A DNA stretch of 64,000 nucleotides. It comes from Terriglobia bacterium (GTDB lineage: Bacteria; Acidobacteriota; Polarisedimenticolia; Polarisedimenticolales; JAIQFR01). The position numbers and the translations under genes are program-made. The notes beneath the pieces are model-generated. The model had not been told where the DNA came from. It saw nothing but the letters and a program-made list of their open reading frames with translations, and ran no database searches. Every line of letters starts with the position of its first letter. Within the stretch, counting starts at the first letter, position 1. Location: positions 544,001 through 608,000 of the forward strand of contig CAVVHE010000008.1 of NCBI GenBank assembly GCA_963748015.1, in the 5' to 3' direction. Shown in pieces: positions 10,729 to 19,467 of this stretch.

Positions 10729-12918
10729 GTGCGGCTCTCGGCCACGGCACTCATCGGGATCGCTCTGCTGCTCGATGCATCCCCGTCGAACGCGCAAGAT
10801 CTTGCGTGGGCGAGACAACTGGGCGGGCCAGACTACCAAGGCGCTTATGCGATCGCCGTCGATCGTTGGGGCAACGCGCACACGACGGGGCCGTTCTACG
10901 ACACGGTGGATTTCGATCCCGGACCGGGGACCTACTCCTTGACGTCGTTCTACGGCGTGGACGACTTCGTCTCGAAGCTCGACAGCTCGGGCGACTTCGT
11001 CTGGGCGCGGCAATTCGGCGGAAGAACCTCCGGGTGGGGATATGACGTCGCCGTGGACGATGCAGGGAACGTGTACACCACTGGTTTTTTCAGGGGCACG
11101 ACGGACTTCGATCCCGGTTCCGGGGTCTACAACCTGACGGCCCTCGGCGCCTGGGACGCGTTTGTCTCGAAGCTCGACAGCGCCGGCAATTTCGTCTGGG
11201 CCAAGCAGTTCGGCGGAGGCGATCTCACTTGGGGTGCTGCGCTCGCCGTGGACAGCGCGGGGAACGTGTACACGACCGGAGAGTTCGAGGGCACGGCGGA
11301 CTTCGACCCGGGTCCGGGGACCTTCTTCCTGACGGCGGGGGGCGTCGACGGAGCGTTCGTCTCCAAGCTCGACAGCGCGGGTGGGTTCGTCTGGGCCAAG
11401 GCCATGGGGGGGCCCGGCGATGCCTGCGGCGGCGGAGTGGCAGTGGACTCCGAGGGGAATGTGTACGTGAACGGGATCTTCTCGGGCAATGCGGATCTCG
11501 ATCCCGGGCCAGGAACCTACCCGTTCGCGGCGGCAGGCGGATGGGATGTGTTCGTCTCCAAACTCGACGCCTCCGGCGATCTCGTCTGGACCAAGGCGAT
11601 GGGTGGGTTGGGCGACGACACACCGTACGGCATCAAACTGGACGGCGAAAACAACGTCTACTCGATCGGGTATTTCAGTGATACGGCGGACTTCGATCCT
11701 GGGCCGGGCGTTTACCATCTGACATCCGCAGGCGGTCGCGACGTCTTCGTCGGCAAACTCGACCCCTGTGGTGCTTTCGTCTGGGCCCGGAGCATGGGAG
11801 GATCCGGCGACGACGCGGCATACGATATCGCCTTGGACGCCGCAGGCAGCGTGTACACGACGGGGTACTTTCAGGGTATCGCCGACTTCAACCCGGGTCC
11901 GGGCGCGTACGAGCTGACGTCCTCGGGAGGCATCGACGGATTCGTGTCCAAGCTCGACGCCGCGGGGAACTTCGTTTGGGTCGGAAAACTCGGCGGGACT
12001 GGCGACGAGTTGGGGATGGGCATCGCCGTCGACGTCGTGGGAACCGTTTATCTTGCCGGCGAGTTCGCAGGCACTACGGATTTCGATCCGGGTCCAGGCA
12101 CTTACAACTTGAGTTCGATCGCGGGCGACTACGATGCCTTCGTCTGGAAGGGTTCCGATCCCTGCGTACGCTCCATCGGCGAGGGCCAGTACGGAGTGCT
12201 CCTGTTCGCGCCGCTCTGCACCCGCGACGCCGACGCCGAGCTCCCGGGAGTTCCCGGCGAGCCCTACGTCTTCGATCGCCGCGATCTTGCGCTCCGGCGA
12301 GGTGCCGGCGACCGGCTCTATCTCTCCGGAAGCGGGACCACGTTCACGAGCTTCGTGGTCGCCGACGCGGTCCGCGTCAACGGGCAGGATCTGGGAATCG
12401 GCCCGTACGGATCTCAGCGCGGGGTGCCGCCGTTCCGTCTCGAAGCGCCCCTCGAGTTCAACCTGATTCCCGTCCCGTCGGCGGAGATCACGGCGAGCGT
12501 CCCGGAAGGTCCCGGCGTGGTGAGCTTCGAGGCGCTCGACGTCGATCGCGGGATCTTCGGGAATACCGCGGTGTACCTCCTTAGGGATTGCGGTCTATGG
12601 CTCGAAGGAATCACGGGTGGGGTGACATCGCTTCATTTCGTCTCGCACGATGTGGACATGGGCGGATTGACGACCGACCTTCGCGTGGTGACCGGCCTGC
12701 TCTCCGAGCTTCGTGCGGATCGCGGTTACGCTCGCGCGGGATGCCTCGGAGCGCTCTCGGGCACGACACAGGCGGCGGATTCCCGCCCCGATCCGGCGAC
12801 CGGCGACGGCTGGTACTACCTCGCGCGCGGCACCTGCTCCGATCCGACGTACGGGCGGGGGTCGGGAGCGACTCCGGATCCGAGGGAGCTCCTGACGGCC
12901 TCGGAGCCCTGCCCGTAG
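10729..12918 (+). CDS. Secreted SBBP (seven-bladed beta-propeller) repeat protein with Cys-containing C-terminal domains
   Basis: Signal peptide ending SNA-QD. Seven 65-aa repeats of AVDxxGNVYTTGxFxGTxDFDPGPG...DxFVSKLD. Start placed at the GTG after the SD AGGAG. Confidence 0.88.
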   Translation: MRLSATALIGIALLLDASPSNAQDLAWARQLGGPDYQGAYAIAVDRWGNAHTTGPFYDTVDFDPGPGTYSLTSFYGVDDFVSKLDSSGDFVWARQFGGRTSGWGYDVAVDDAGNVYTTGFFRGTTDFDPGSGVYNLTALGAWDAFVSKLDSAGNFVWAKQFGGGDLTWGAALAVDSAGNVYTTGEFEGTADFDPGPGTFFLTAGGVDGAFVSKLDSAGGFVWAKAMGGPGDACGGGVAVDSEGNVYVNGIFSGNADLDPGPGTYPFAAAGGWDVFVSKLDASGDLVWTKAMGGLGDDTPYGIKLDGENNVYSIGYFSDTADFDPGPGVYHLTSAGGRDVFVGKLDPCGAFVWARSMGGSGDDAAYDIALDAAGSVYTTGYFQGIADFNPGPGAYELTSSGGIDGFVSKLDAAGNFVWVGKLGGTGDELGMGIAVDVVGTVYLAGEFAGTTDFDPGPGTYNLSSIAGDYDAFVWKGSDPCVRSIGEGQYGVLLFAPLCTRDADAELPGVPGEPYVFDRRDLALRRGAGDRLYLSGSGTTFTSFVVADAVRVNGQDLGIGPYGSQRGVPPFRLEAPLEFNLIPVPSAEITASVPEGPGVVSFEALDVDRGIFGNTAVYLLRDCGLWLEGITGGVTSLHFVSHDVDMGGLTTDLRVVTGLLSELRADRGYARAGCLGALSGTTQAADSRPDPATGDGWYYLARGTCSDPTYGRGSGATPDPRELLTASEPCP

Positions 12919-12948
12919 CGATCGACGCCGGGGCTCGGCGAGGTCTCT

Positions 12949-14433
12949 CTAATCCACGTACCCGAGGGCGCGGAGGCGCTTCAAGGTCTCCTCGTCCTGC
13001 GGGGCCTCGGGGGGGCGCCCGCCGGGCTCGGTCCTCGACCACCAATCGAGTGCTCGGGCCAGCTCGTCCACGGTGGCTCGCGGGAGCGAGGCGCCGCCCC
13101 ACAGGCTCTTGCGCTCGAGCGGGTCGGAGGCGAGGTCGTACAGCTCCCAGCGGTCGTCGAGCCAGGGCGTGTGGATCACCTTGAAGGTGCCGCGGAGGAC
13201 GCAGCGCGCCTTGAGGCGATTGGGCCAGCGCTGGCCCTGCTCGACGGACTGGGGCTTCGTCGCCTCCGCGAAGAGGAGCCGCCCCGCGGAAGACGGAGCC
13301 GGCTCCGGGTTCCGGAGCGAGGCGAGGAAGGAGTGCCCCTCGACGCCCTGCGGAATCGGGAGGCCGGCGTATTCGAGCAGCGTCGGCGCGAGGTCGATGT
13401 TGCAGGCGGGACGAGTCGCCGTGCCTCCCGGCGCGCCGATCCCCGGCCCGGCGACGATCAGCGGGATGCGGATCTCGGTGTCGTACACGCTCGGACCGTG
13501 GTTGAAGTAGTCGTCGTGCTCGGCGAGGGTCTCGCCGTGGTCGGACGTGAAGACGACGAGCGTGCTCCCGGCGAGGCCGAGGCGGTCGAGCGCGGCGAGC
13601 AGCTTTCCGATCTCGTCGTCCGCGTACCGGACCTCGCCCGCGTACAGCGCCTCGAGGTGGCGCGTGTTCGCGTCTTGCGCGCCTCGTGAGGCCGCCAGCA
13701 CGCGCCGGGCCACGTCGATGTCGCCCATCGAGCCCGTGACGGGGCCCCGGTAGCCGGGATCGAACATCGTGTCGTAGGGCGGGGGAGGCTGGTACGGGGC
13801 GTGGGGATCGAAGTAGTGGACCATCGCGAAGAACGGGCGGCCGGCGCGGCGCTCCGTGAGCCACGAGACGGCCGCGGAGGTGACCTCGGAGGCCGGGCGC
13901 ACGAGCTTGTTGTTCGGGTCCGACTCGAACGGCACCGTGAGGTTCTGGTCGAAGCGGTCGAACCCCTGCGAGACGCCGAACTCCGACGAGAGACAGTAGC
14001 TCGCGATGAACGCCGCCGTCTCGTAGCCGCCCCTCTTGAAGGCCGACGGGATCCCTTCGAGCCCGCCCGGCCAGCGGACGCCATTGCGGAAGACGCCGTG
14101 GGTGTGCGGGTGTTTCCCGGTCAGCATCGAGGTGAACGACGCGAGGGTGGTCGGGACGACCGTCGTGTAGCGCTCGAGGCGGACGCCGCGACGCGCGAGC
14201 GCGTCGACGTGCGGCGAGATGTCGCCGCGGAACCCGTACGCGCCGAGGTGGTCGGCCCGCAGCGTGTCCACCGCGATCAGGAGGACGTTGGGCCTGGCGC
14301 CGGACGCGCTCCCGCCCTGCGCCGGAGCGCCGCCGCCGCCCCCGCAGGACGAGGCGGCGAGCACCGCCACGAATGCGACGCCGAGGAGGCCCGGAAACCC
14401 GAAAAGACGATGCCTCGGGGACGCGACTGCCAT
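12949..14433 (-). CDS. Sulfatase-like (alkaline phosphatase superfamily) lipoprotein
   Basis: Lipobox ASSC; PNVLLIAVDTLRADHLGAYG, HYFDPHAPY and FTSDHGE motifs; C-terminal LRALGYVD. The start could lie upstream (ORF open to 14550). Confidence 0.9.
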   Translation of the reverse strand: MAVASPRHRLFGFPGLLGVAFVAVLAASSCGGGGGAPAQGGSASGARPNVLLIAVDTLRADHLGAYGFRGDISPHVDALARRGVRLERYTTVVPTTLASFTSMLTGKHPHTHGVFRNGVRWPGGLEGIPSAFKRGGYETAAFIASYCLSSEFGVSQGFDRFDQNLTVPFESDPNNKLVRPASEVTSAAVSWLTERRAGRPFFAMVHYFDPHAPYQPPPPYDTMFDPGYRGPVTGSMGDIDVARRVLAASRGAQDANTRHLEALYAGEVRYADDEIGKLLAALDRLGLAGSTLVVFTSDHGETLAEHDDYFNHGPSVYDTEIRIPLIVAGPGIGAPGGTATRPACNIDLAPTLLEYAGLPIPQGVEGHSFLASLRNPEPAPSSAGRLLFAEATKPQSVEQGQRWPNRLKARCVLRGTFKVIHTPWLDDRWELYDLASDPLERKSLWGGASLPRATVDELARALDWWSRTEPGGRPPEAPQDEETLKRLRALGYVD

Positions 14434-14530
14434 GCTCGACAGCCTAGACGCGCCCCCGAGGCCCGTCAAGCCGGCGCTGGCGCGGAGCGTGCTTCCATCC
14501 ACCGAGAGGCTCACTCGGAAGAGGTGTGCA

Positions 14531-16579
14531 ATGCGCGCGAACCGCATCATCCTCTCGGCCTGCGTGGCGGTCCTTTCGATTCCGTGGTCCCGCGCTACGC
14601 TTTCGAAATACCTGCCCCCCGAGGGCCTGGCGGCCGCGGCGCCGCTCGTCGTCGAAGGGACCGTCTCGAGGACGGCCTCCGGCTACGATCCCGTGACCTC
14701 CGCCCTGGCGACGTACGTGACGGTGGAGATCGGCTTCGTCCATCGAGGGCCGGCGGACCTCGACCGGGTCGTTCTGCGCGAGCCCGGCGGACGGTTCGGC
14801 GACGTCGTCAACGAGATCGACGCGGTTCCGGTGTTCGAGCCCGGCGAGAGCGTCTTCCTCTTCCTGGAGCCGGCGGGAGACGGCGCCCTTCGCGTCGCGG
14901 GGATGTTCTACGGCAAGTTCACGCTCCTCGCGCAGGGCCCGCGCGGCGTCCGCGTCGCGCGGAGAAACCTCTCGGGCTCCGGCACGATTCCGGGGCCGCC
15001 TCTCGACGCGTTCGAGGAGCTTCCCGCGGGCCACCTCGAGTCGCTCGTCGCCGCGACCCCGTACTCCGGGCCTGCCGTGCGCCGGCGTGCGCGCGCGGCG
15101 CCGGCGCCCGCGGGGGGCGGTCGAGCGTCCTCGCAGGCGGATGGCTGGACCGCGGAGCCTCCCGAATTCGATCGTCTCGAGTGGGACCAGGTGCGGGAGG
15201 CGGCCGTGGACCTGTCCTCGATCTCGGAAACGGCGCCGCGGGCGCCGGCGGACGTCGTGCCGCCCGGCGGTGGGACGGACGTCCCGCAGTTCGTTCCGAT
15301 CTCCACGTCGAGCCCGACGCGCTGGCAGGAGGCGGACAGCTCGACCGCGATCTCCATCCAGATCCAGCCGACGGGAAACCCCATGAACAACGCCGCCGCC
15401 GCGGCCAACGAGATCAAGCGGGGCATGGCGGCGTGGACCAACGTGCCCGAGGCGCGCATCGTGCTGCAGGCCGGCAACGAGAACTACGACTTCACCGGGG
15501 CCAACGCGCAGAGCCCCACCGCGGCCTATCCGCCCGTGAACATCGTCCTGTTCAACGACCCCTACAACGAGATCACCGACCCGAGCGGCTGCTCGGGAGT
15601 GCTGGCGGTCGGCGGCTACTGGAGATCGGGGGCGATCGGCCGGACGGTGAACAACGTCGCGTTCTATCCGACCCTGAGGCAATACGTGGTCTTCAACAAC
15701 AACTTCCAGTGCTTCCTCGGGATCGCCGACAACCTCGCCGAGGTGGCCGCGCACGAGCTGGGGCACGGGATCGGCTTCGGGCACTCGGCGGTCAGCGACG
15801 CCACGATGCGGGCGACGGCGTACGGCAACGGGCGGGGGCCGCGCCTGGGCGACGACGACCGGGACGCCGCCCACTGCCACTACCCGCACGCGTTCACGAT
15901 CACCTCGCCGAACGGCGGAGAGTCGTGGGCGGCGGGAAGCGCGCAAAACGTCACCTGGACCGTCACCGCCGAGAGCGGGACGAGCGCTTCGACCGTGAAC
16001 ATCGAGTACTCGACCGACGCCGGGGCGACCTGGACGGTCGCCAGCGCCGGCGAGGCGAACGACGGCTCCGCCCCGTGGACCGTTCCGAGCATTGCCGGGA
16101 CGAGGAACCTCGTGCGGGTCGTGCGTCACAACCGGGTGTCGCCGACACCGTCCCCGTATCCCGAGGCCTGCAGCCAGGACGTCTCCAACTCCGCCTTCAC
16201 CATCACGGCGGCCCCCGCCCTCACGGCGGGGACGGCGGGAGACGGCGACCCCGGCTCCCCGCTCACGCTGGCGAAGGGCGCGGGCGGAAACGTCACCCTG
16301 GCGTGGGGCGCCTCCTGTTCGGGTACCGCGACGAACTACGCGATCTACGAGGGAACGCTCTCGGCCCTCCGCTCGGGAACGTGGAACCACGTCGCGCGGA
16401 CCTGCGCGGCGGGAACCGACCTCGCCGAGACCATCGCCCCGGGGAGCGACAGCGTCTACTACCTGGTCGCGCCGGTGGTCCCCGGTGCGGAAGGGCGGCT
16501 CGGCACGACCTCGGCCGGCGCGGAACGGCCGGCCTCCGCGTCCGCGTGCGCGCCGCGGGAAACAACATCCTGCTCGTAG
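14531..16579 (+). CDS. Secreted matrixin/M10-like zinc metalloprotease with Ig-like and C-terminal Cys domains
   Basis: Signal peptide; metzincin HELGHGIGFGHS plus Met-turn ATM; ITSPNGGESW Ig-like repeat. ATG at 14531 follows GAGG. Confidence 0.88.
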   Translation: MRANRIILSACVAVLSIPWSRATLSKYLPPEGLAAAAPLVVEGTVSRTASGYDPVTSALATYVTVEIGFVHRGPADLDRVVLREPGGRFGDVVNEIDAVPVFEPGESVFLFLEPAGDGALRVAGMFYGKFTLLAQGPRGVRVARRNLSGSGTIPGPPLDAFEELPAGHLESLVAATPYSGPAVRRRARAAPAPAGGGRASSQADGWTAEPPEFDRLEWDQVREAAVDLSSISETAPRAPADVVPPGGGTDVPQFVPISTSSPTRWQEADSSTAISIQIQPTGNPMNNAAAAANEIKRGMAAWTNVPEARIVLQAGNENYDFTGANAQSPTAAYPPVNIVLFNDPYNEITDPSGCSGVLAVGGYWRSGAIGRTVNNVAFYPTLRQYVVFNNNFQCFLGIADNLAEVAAHELGHGIGFGHSAVSDATMRATAYGNGRGPRLGDDDRDAAHCHYPHAFTITSPNGGESWAAGSAQNVTWTVTAESGTSASTVNIEYSTDAGATWTVASAGEANDGSAPWTVPSIAGTRNLVRVVRHNRVSPTPSPYPEACSQDVSNSAFTITAAPALTAGTAGDGDPGSPLTLAKGAGGNVTLAWGASCSGTATNYAIYEGTLSALRSGTWNHVARTCAAGTDLAETIAPGSDSVYYLVAPVVPGAEGRLGTTSAGAERPASASACAPRETTSCS

Positions 16580-16663
16580 ACGCGGGGCGCTTACAGCGCC
16601 GCTTGTGACCCGGCGCCCGGCGAAGCGGGCGTCCCCTCGCGGTCGACGCGGCGGTGTGCAACG

Positions 16664-18394
16664 ATGTCCCATCCCATGGACGAGCCCCCGCGGGACAGAT
16701 CCGTCTGGTTCTGGCGCGGCGCAACCTGCGCCGCCGCGGCGGTCTTCCTCGTGCTCTGCATCCTCGCGGCGCGCCGGGAGACGCCGACGATCGACGAGTT
16801 CGCCCATCTCCCCGCGGGCTGCAATTACTGGAAGCACGGGCAGCTCATCCTGTACGCGAAGAACCCGCCTCTCCTGAAGCTCTGGATGGCGCTCCCCGTC
16901 GTCGCGGACTCGCGCGTCGTGGTCCCGGTGTTCAGCGGCAACCCCCTGGCGTGGGGGCCCTGGGAATACGGCCAGAAGTTCATGGAGGCCAACCGGGCCC
17001 TCTACTTCGATCTCTTCTTCCGCGGCCGCCTGATGATCGTCCTGCTGGGGCTGGCCACCGGGGTGCTGATCTACTTCTGGGCGCGCCGGCTCCTGGGCGA
17101 GCGCGCCGCGGCGGTGGCCGCATCGCTCTTTTTTTGCTCGCCGACAGCCCTCGCGCACAGCCACCTGGCGACCGTGGACATCGGCTGCACGCTCACGATC
17201 CTCGTCGCCTGCCTCGCCCTGAGCTGGGCCTGCCGGCGGGGCGGGGCCGCGGCGATGGCGGTGCTGGGCTTGGCGCTGGGCGTCGCGCTCGCGGTCAAGT
17301 TCACCGCCCTTCTAATCGTCCCGGCGGCGCTCGTCCTTCTCGGGTGGAGCCGAGAGGCGGCACACGCTTCGCCGGGGAGGCGCGCCGCCATCTGGGCGCG
17401 CGATGGGGCAATCGTCGTCGTCGCGGCCCTTCTGGTGGTGAACGCGTCGTACGGTCTCAAGGGGTCTTTCCTGCGGCTCGATTCGTACCATTTCTACTCG
17501 CGGTTCTGTCTCGCCGTGCAGAACGCTCTGCCGGGCGTTCTGCCCGTGCCGGTGCCACGCGATTACGTCGTGGGCTTCGACGCGGTGAAGCGCGACACCG
17601 AATCCGGCGAGGAGTTCGGGAGCTACCTGCACGGCGAGTGGTCGCGGAAGGGCTGGTGGTACTACAACCTCGTGGCGCGGCTCGTGAAGACGCGGATCCC
17701 CGTGTTGCTCCTGGCCATCGCGGGGATCGCGATGTGGCGTCGAACCGGGGTGGTCGCCGCGGAGAATTGGCGGATCATCCTCCCGGCGGCGAGCCTCTAT
17801 CTCTTCCTTTCCGTCTTCAACAGAAGCGATACCGGCATACGCTACGTGCTGCCGCTGCACCCGTTCCTCCACCTCGCGACGGGGGCGGTCTTCGCGGCTT
17901 GGGGCGGCAGCGGGCGGTGGCGCTGGAAGGACGCGCTCGCGGCCTTCGTTCTCGTCACCAGCCCCGTGACGGCGGTCGCCGCCTACCCGGACGAGCTGGC
18001 GTACTTCAATGCCATCGCGGGCGGAACCGAGCGCGGCCACGAATGGCTTCTCGACTCGAATCTCGACTGGGGCCAGGACCTCTACCGCGTCCGCGAGGCG
18101 GTCTCGCGCCTCAAACCTTCGGGGCCGATCGGCTTGCTTTATTGCGGCCATGTGGATCCGGGGCTCTACGGGATCGAGTACTACCCCGTGCCGCCGGAGC
18201 CCGTCGAGGGCGTGCTCGCGGTGAGCGTCAACTTCGTCATGGGGATGCGTTACCTGGCCCCGGCCCCGGGCGGGAAGATCGCCTGGGTGGCGCCGGACCA
18301 CCTCGCCTGGCTGAAGGCGTACCGGCCCGTCGAGAAGCTCGGCTCCATCTGGATCTACGACACGAGGCGGGAACGAGAGGGACAGCAACCGTAA
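16664..18394 (+). CDS. GT-C fold glycosyltransferase (ArnT/PMT, GT39/83-like)
   Basis: TPTIDEFAHL, NPPLLK, ATVD, LAVKFT, GIRYVLP and DSNLDWGQD motifs; many TM segments. Confidence 0.88.
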   Translation: MSHPMDEPPRDRSVWFWRGATCAAAAVFLVLCILAARRETPTIDEFAHLPAGCNYWKHGQLILYAKNPPLLKLWMALPVVADSRVVVPVFSGNPLAWGPWEYGQKFMEANRALYFDLFFRGRLMIVLLGLATGVLIYFWARRLLGERAAAVAASLFFCSPTALAHSHLATVDIGCTLTILVACLALSWACRRGGAAAMAVLGLALGVALAVKFTALLIVPAALVLLGWSREAAHASPGRRAAIWARDGAIVVVAALLVVNASYGLKGSFLRLDSYHFYSRFCLAVQNALPGVLPVPVPRDYVVGFDAVKRDTESGEEFGSYLHGEWSRKGWWYYNLVARLVKTRIPVLLLAIAGIAMWRRTGVVAAENWRIILPAASLYLFLSVFNRSDTGIRYVLPLHPFLHLATGAVFAAWGGSGRWRWKDALAAFVLVTSPVTAVAAYPDELAYFNAIAGGTERGHEWLLDSNLDWGQDLYRVREAVSRLKPSGPIGLLYCGHVDPGLYGIEYYPVPPEPVEGVLAVSVNFVMGMRYLAPAPGGKIAWVAPDHLAWLKAYRPVEKLGSIWIYDTRREREGQQP

Positions 18395-18462
18395 TGAACG
18401 GAGCAACGTGACGAACCACGACCGGTCGCTGTCGCGCTTTGCGGTTGCTGTCCCTCTCGTTC

Positions 18463-18912
18463 CTAGTACTTCTTCCGCATCCAGATCTCGGTGCCGCCCC
18501 CCTCGATGCGCACCTCGTCCATGAGCTGGTTGATCAGGTAGATCCCGCGGCCGTGCGACTCGAAGAGCCGCTCGCCGACGAGGGGGTTCGGCAGCTCTTC
18601 CGGAACGAAGCCCTCTCCCGGGTCCCGCACGATCAGGAGCATGCCGTGCTCCGGGTCGCATTCCAGCGTCACGCGGACCGACTTCGTCGGATCCCCCTTG
18701 CAGCCGTGCTTGATCGCGTTGGCGAGCGCCTCGTTCAGGGCGAGCTCGATCTCGAACTCGCTTCCGGCGGCGCAGTCCATGCTCCGGACCACCGTCATGA
18801 CGCGCCCGATGAAGCCGCCGAGGAGCTTGAGGTCGGCCGGCATGGTGACGTCGAGCTTGAGGGTGAGGTTCTCGGAGTCGAACTCTCGGCGAGGTCGCGG
18901 CTCGGTGCTCAT
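18463..18912 (-). CDS. Anti-sigma factor / RsbW-like Ser/Thr kinase (HATPase_c)
   Basis: ELALNEALANAIKHG, VRDPGEGF and HGRGIYLINQLMDEV motifs. Confidence 0.9.
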   Translation of the reverse strand: MSTEPRPRREFDSENLTLKLDVTMPADLKLLGGFIGRVMTVVRSMDCAAGSEFEIELALNEALANAIKHGCKGDPTKSVRVTLECDPEHGMLLIVRDPGEGFVPEELPNPLVGERLFESHGRGIYLINQLMDEVRIEGGGTEIWMRKKY

Positions 18913-19042
18913 TGTGCTTCCCCTCGAGGCAGGTGCGCTCTCGACCTGGACTCGACGTGGACCCGTTCGAAGAAAGTTTACCACCTCCTGGCGCCGCCGG
19001 GAGGATTGGCGGTAGCATTCGCGCCGCGGGGGGTCCTGAGCA

Positions 19043-19423
19043 TTGAGCGAGCAGCCCTTCAAGACGTGCGGGTCCTGCGGTTTCGAGTGGACCGACTGGC
19101 GGGGATTCGTGCTGGACCGGGGAGTGCGGCTGCTCGGCCTCCAGGCGGCCCCGGGCCTGGCGGACGCGAACGCGCTGGTCTTCGAGCACCGCTGTGGCTC
19201 GACGGTCTCCGTGCTGGCCTTCAGGCTGCGCGGCCTGCTCGGAGTCGAGGAGGCGGGGGCGGGGCTGCCCGACCTCTACGGCACCGCGACCTGCAACGGG
19301 CACTGCCGCTCGATCGAAGGCCTGGCACTCTGCGACCAGCCCTGCGGCAACGCGCGCGACCGCCGCCTCACGCTCCGGGTCGCGGAGATGATGGGCCAGG
19401 AGCCTGTCCGAGTAATCCCGTAG
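19043..19423 (+). CDS. Cys-rich hypothetical protein (probable metal binding)
   Basis: CGSC...HRC...CNGHC...CDQPC; TTG start. Confidence 0.7.
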   Translation: MSEQPFKTCGSCGFEWTDWRGFVLDRGVRLLGLQAAPGLADANALVFEHRCGSTVSVLAFRLRGLLGVEEAGAGLPDLYGTATCNGHCRSIEGLALCDQPCGNARDRRLTLRVAEMMGQEPVRVIP

Positions 19424-19454
19424 GCCCACGGGATTACTCGGACAGGCTCCTGGC
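19395..19454. repeat. Perfect 27-bp inverted repeat with a 6-nt loop between convergent genes
   Basis: GCCAGGAGCCTGTCCGAGTAATCCCGT-aggccc-ACGGGATTACTCGGACAGGCTCCTGGC. Confidence 0.95.
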
Positions 19455-19467
19455 TTCGCGCCGCGCG

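Noticed and set aside
10900..12110. GA(C/T)TTCGA(C/T)CC(C/G)GG repeats every 195 bp
   Set aside because: They are the coding DFDPGPG motif of the SBBP repeats.
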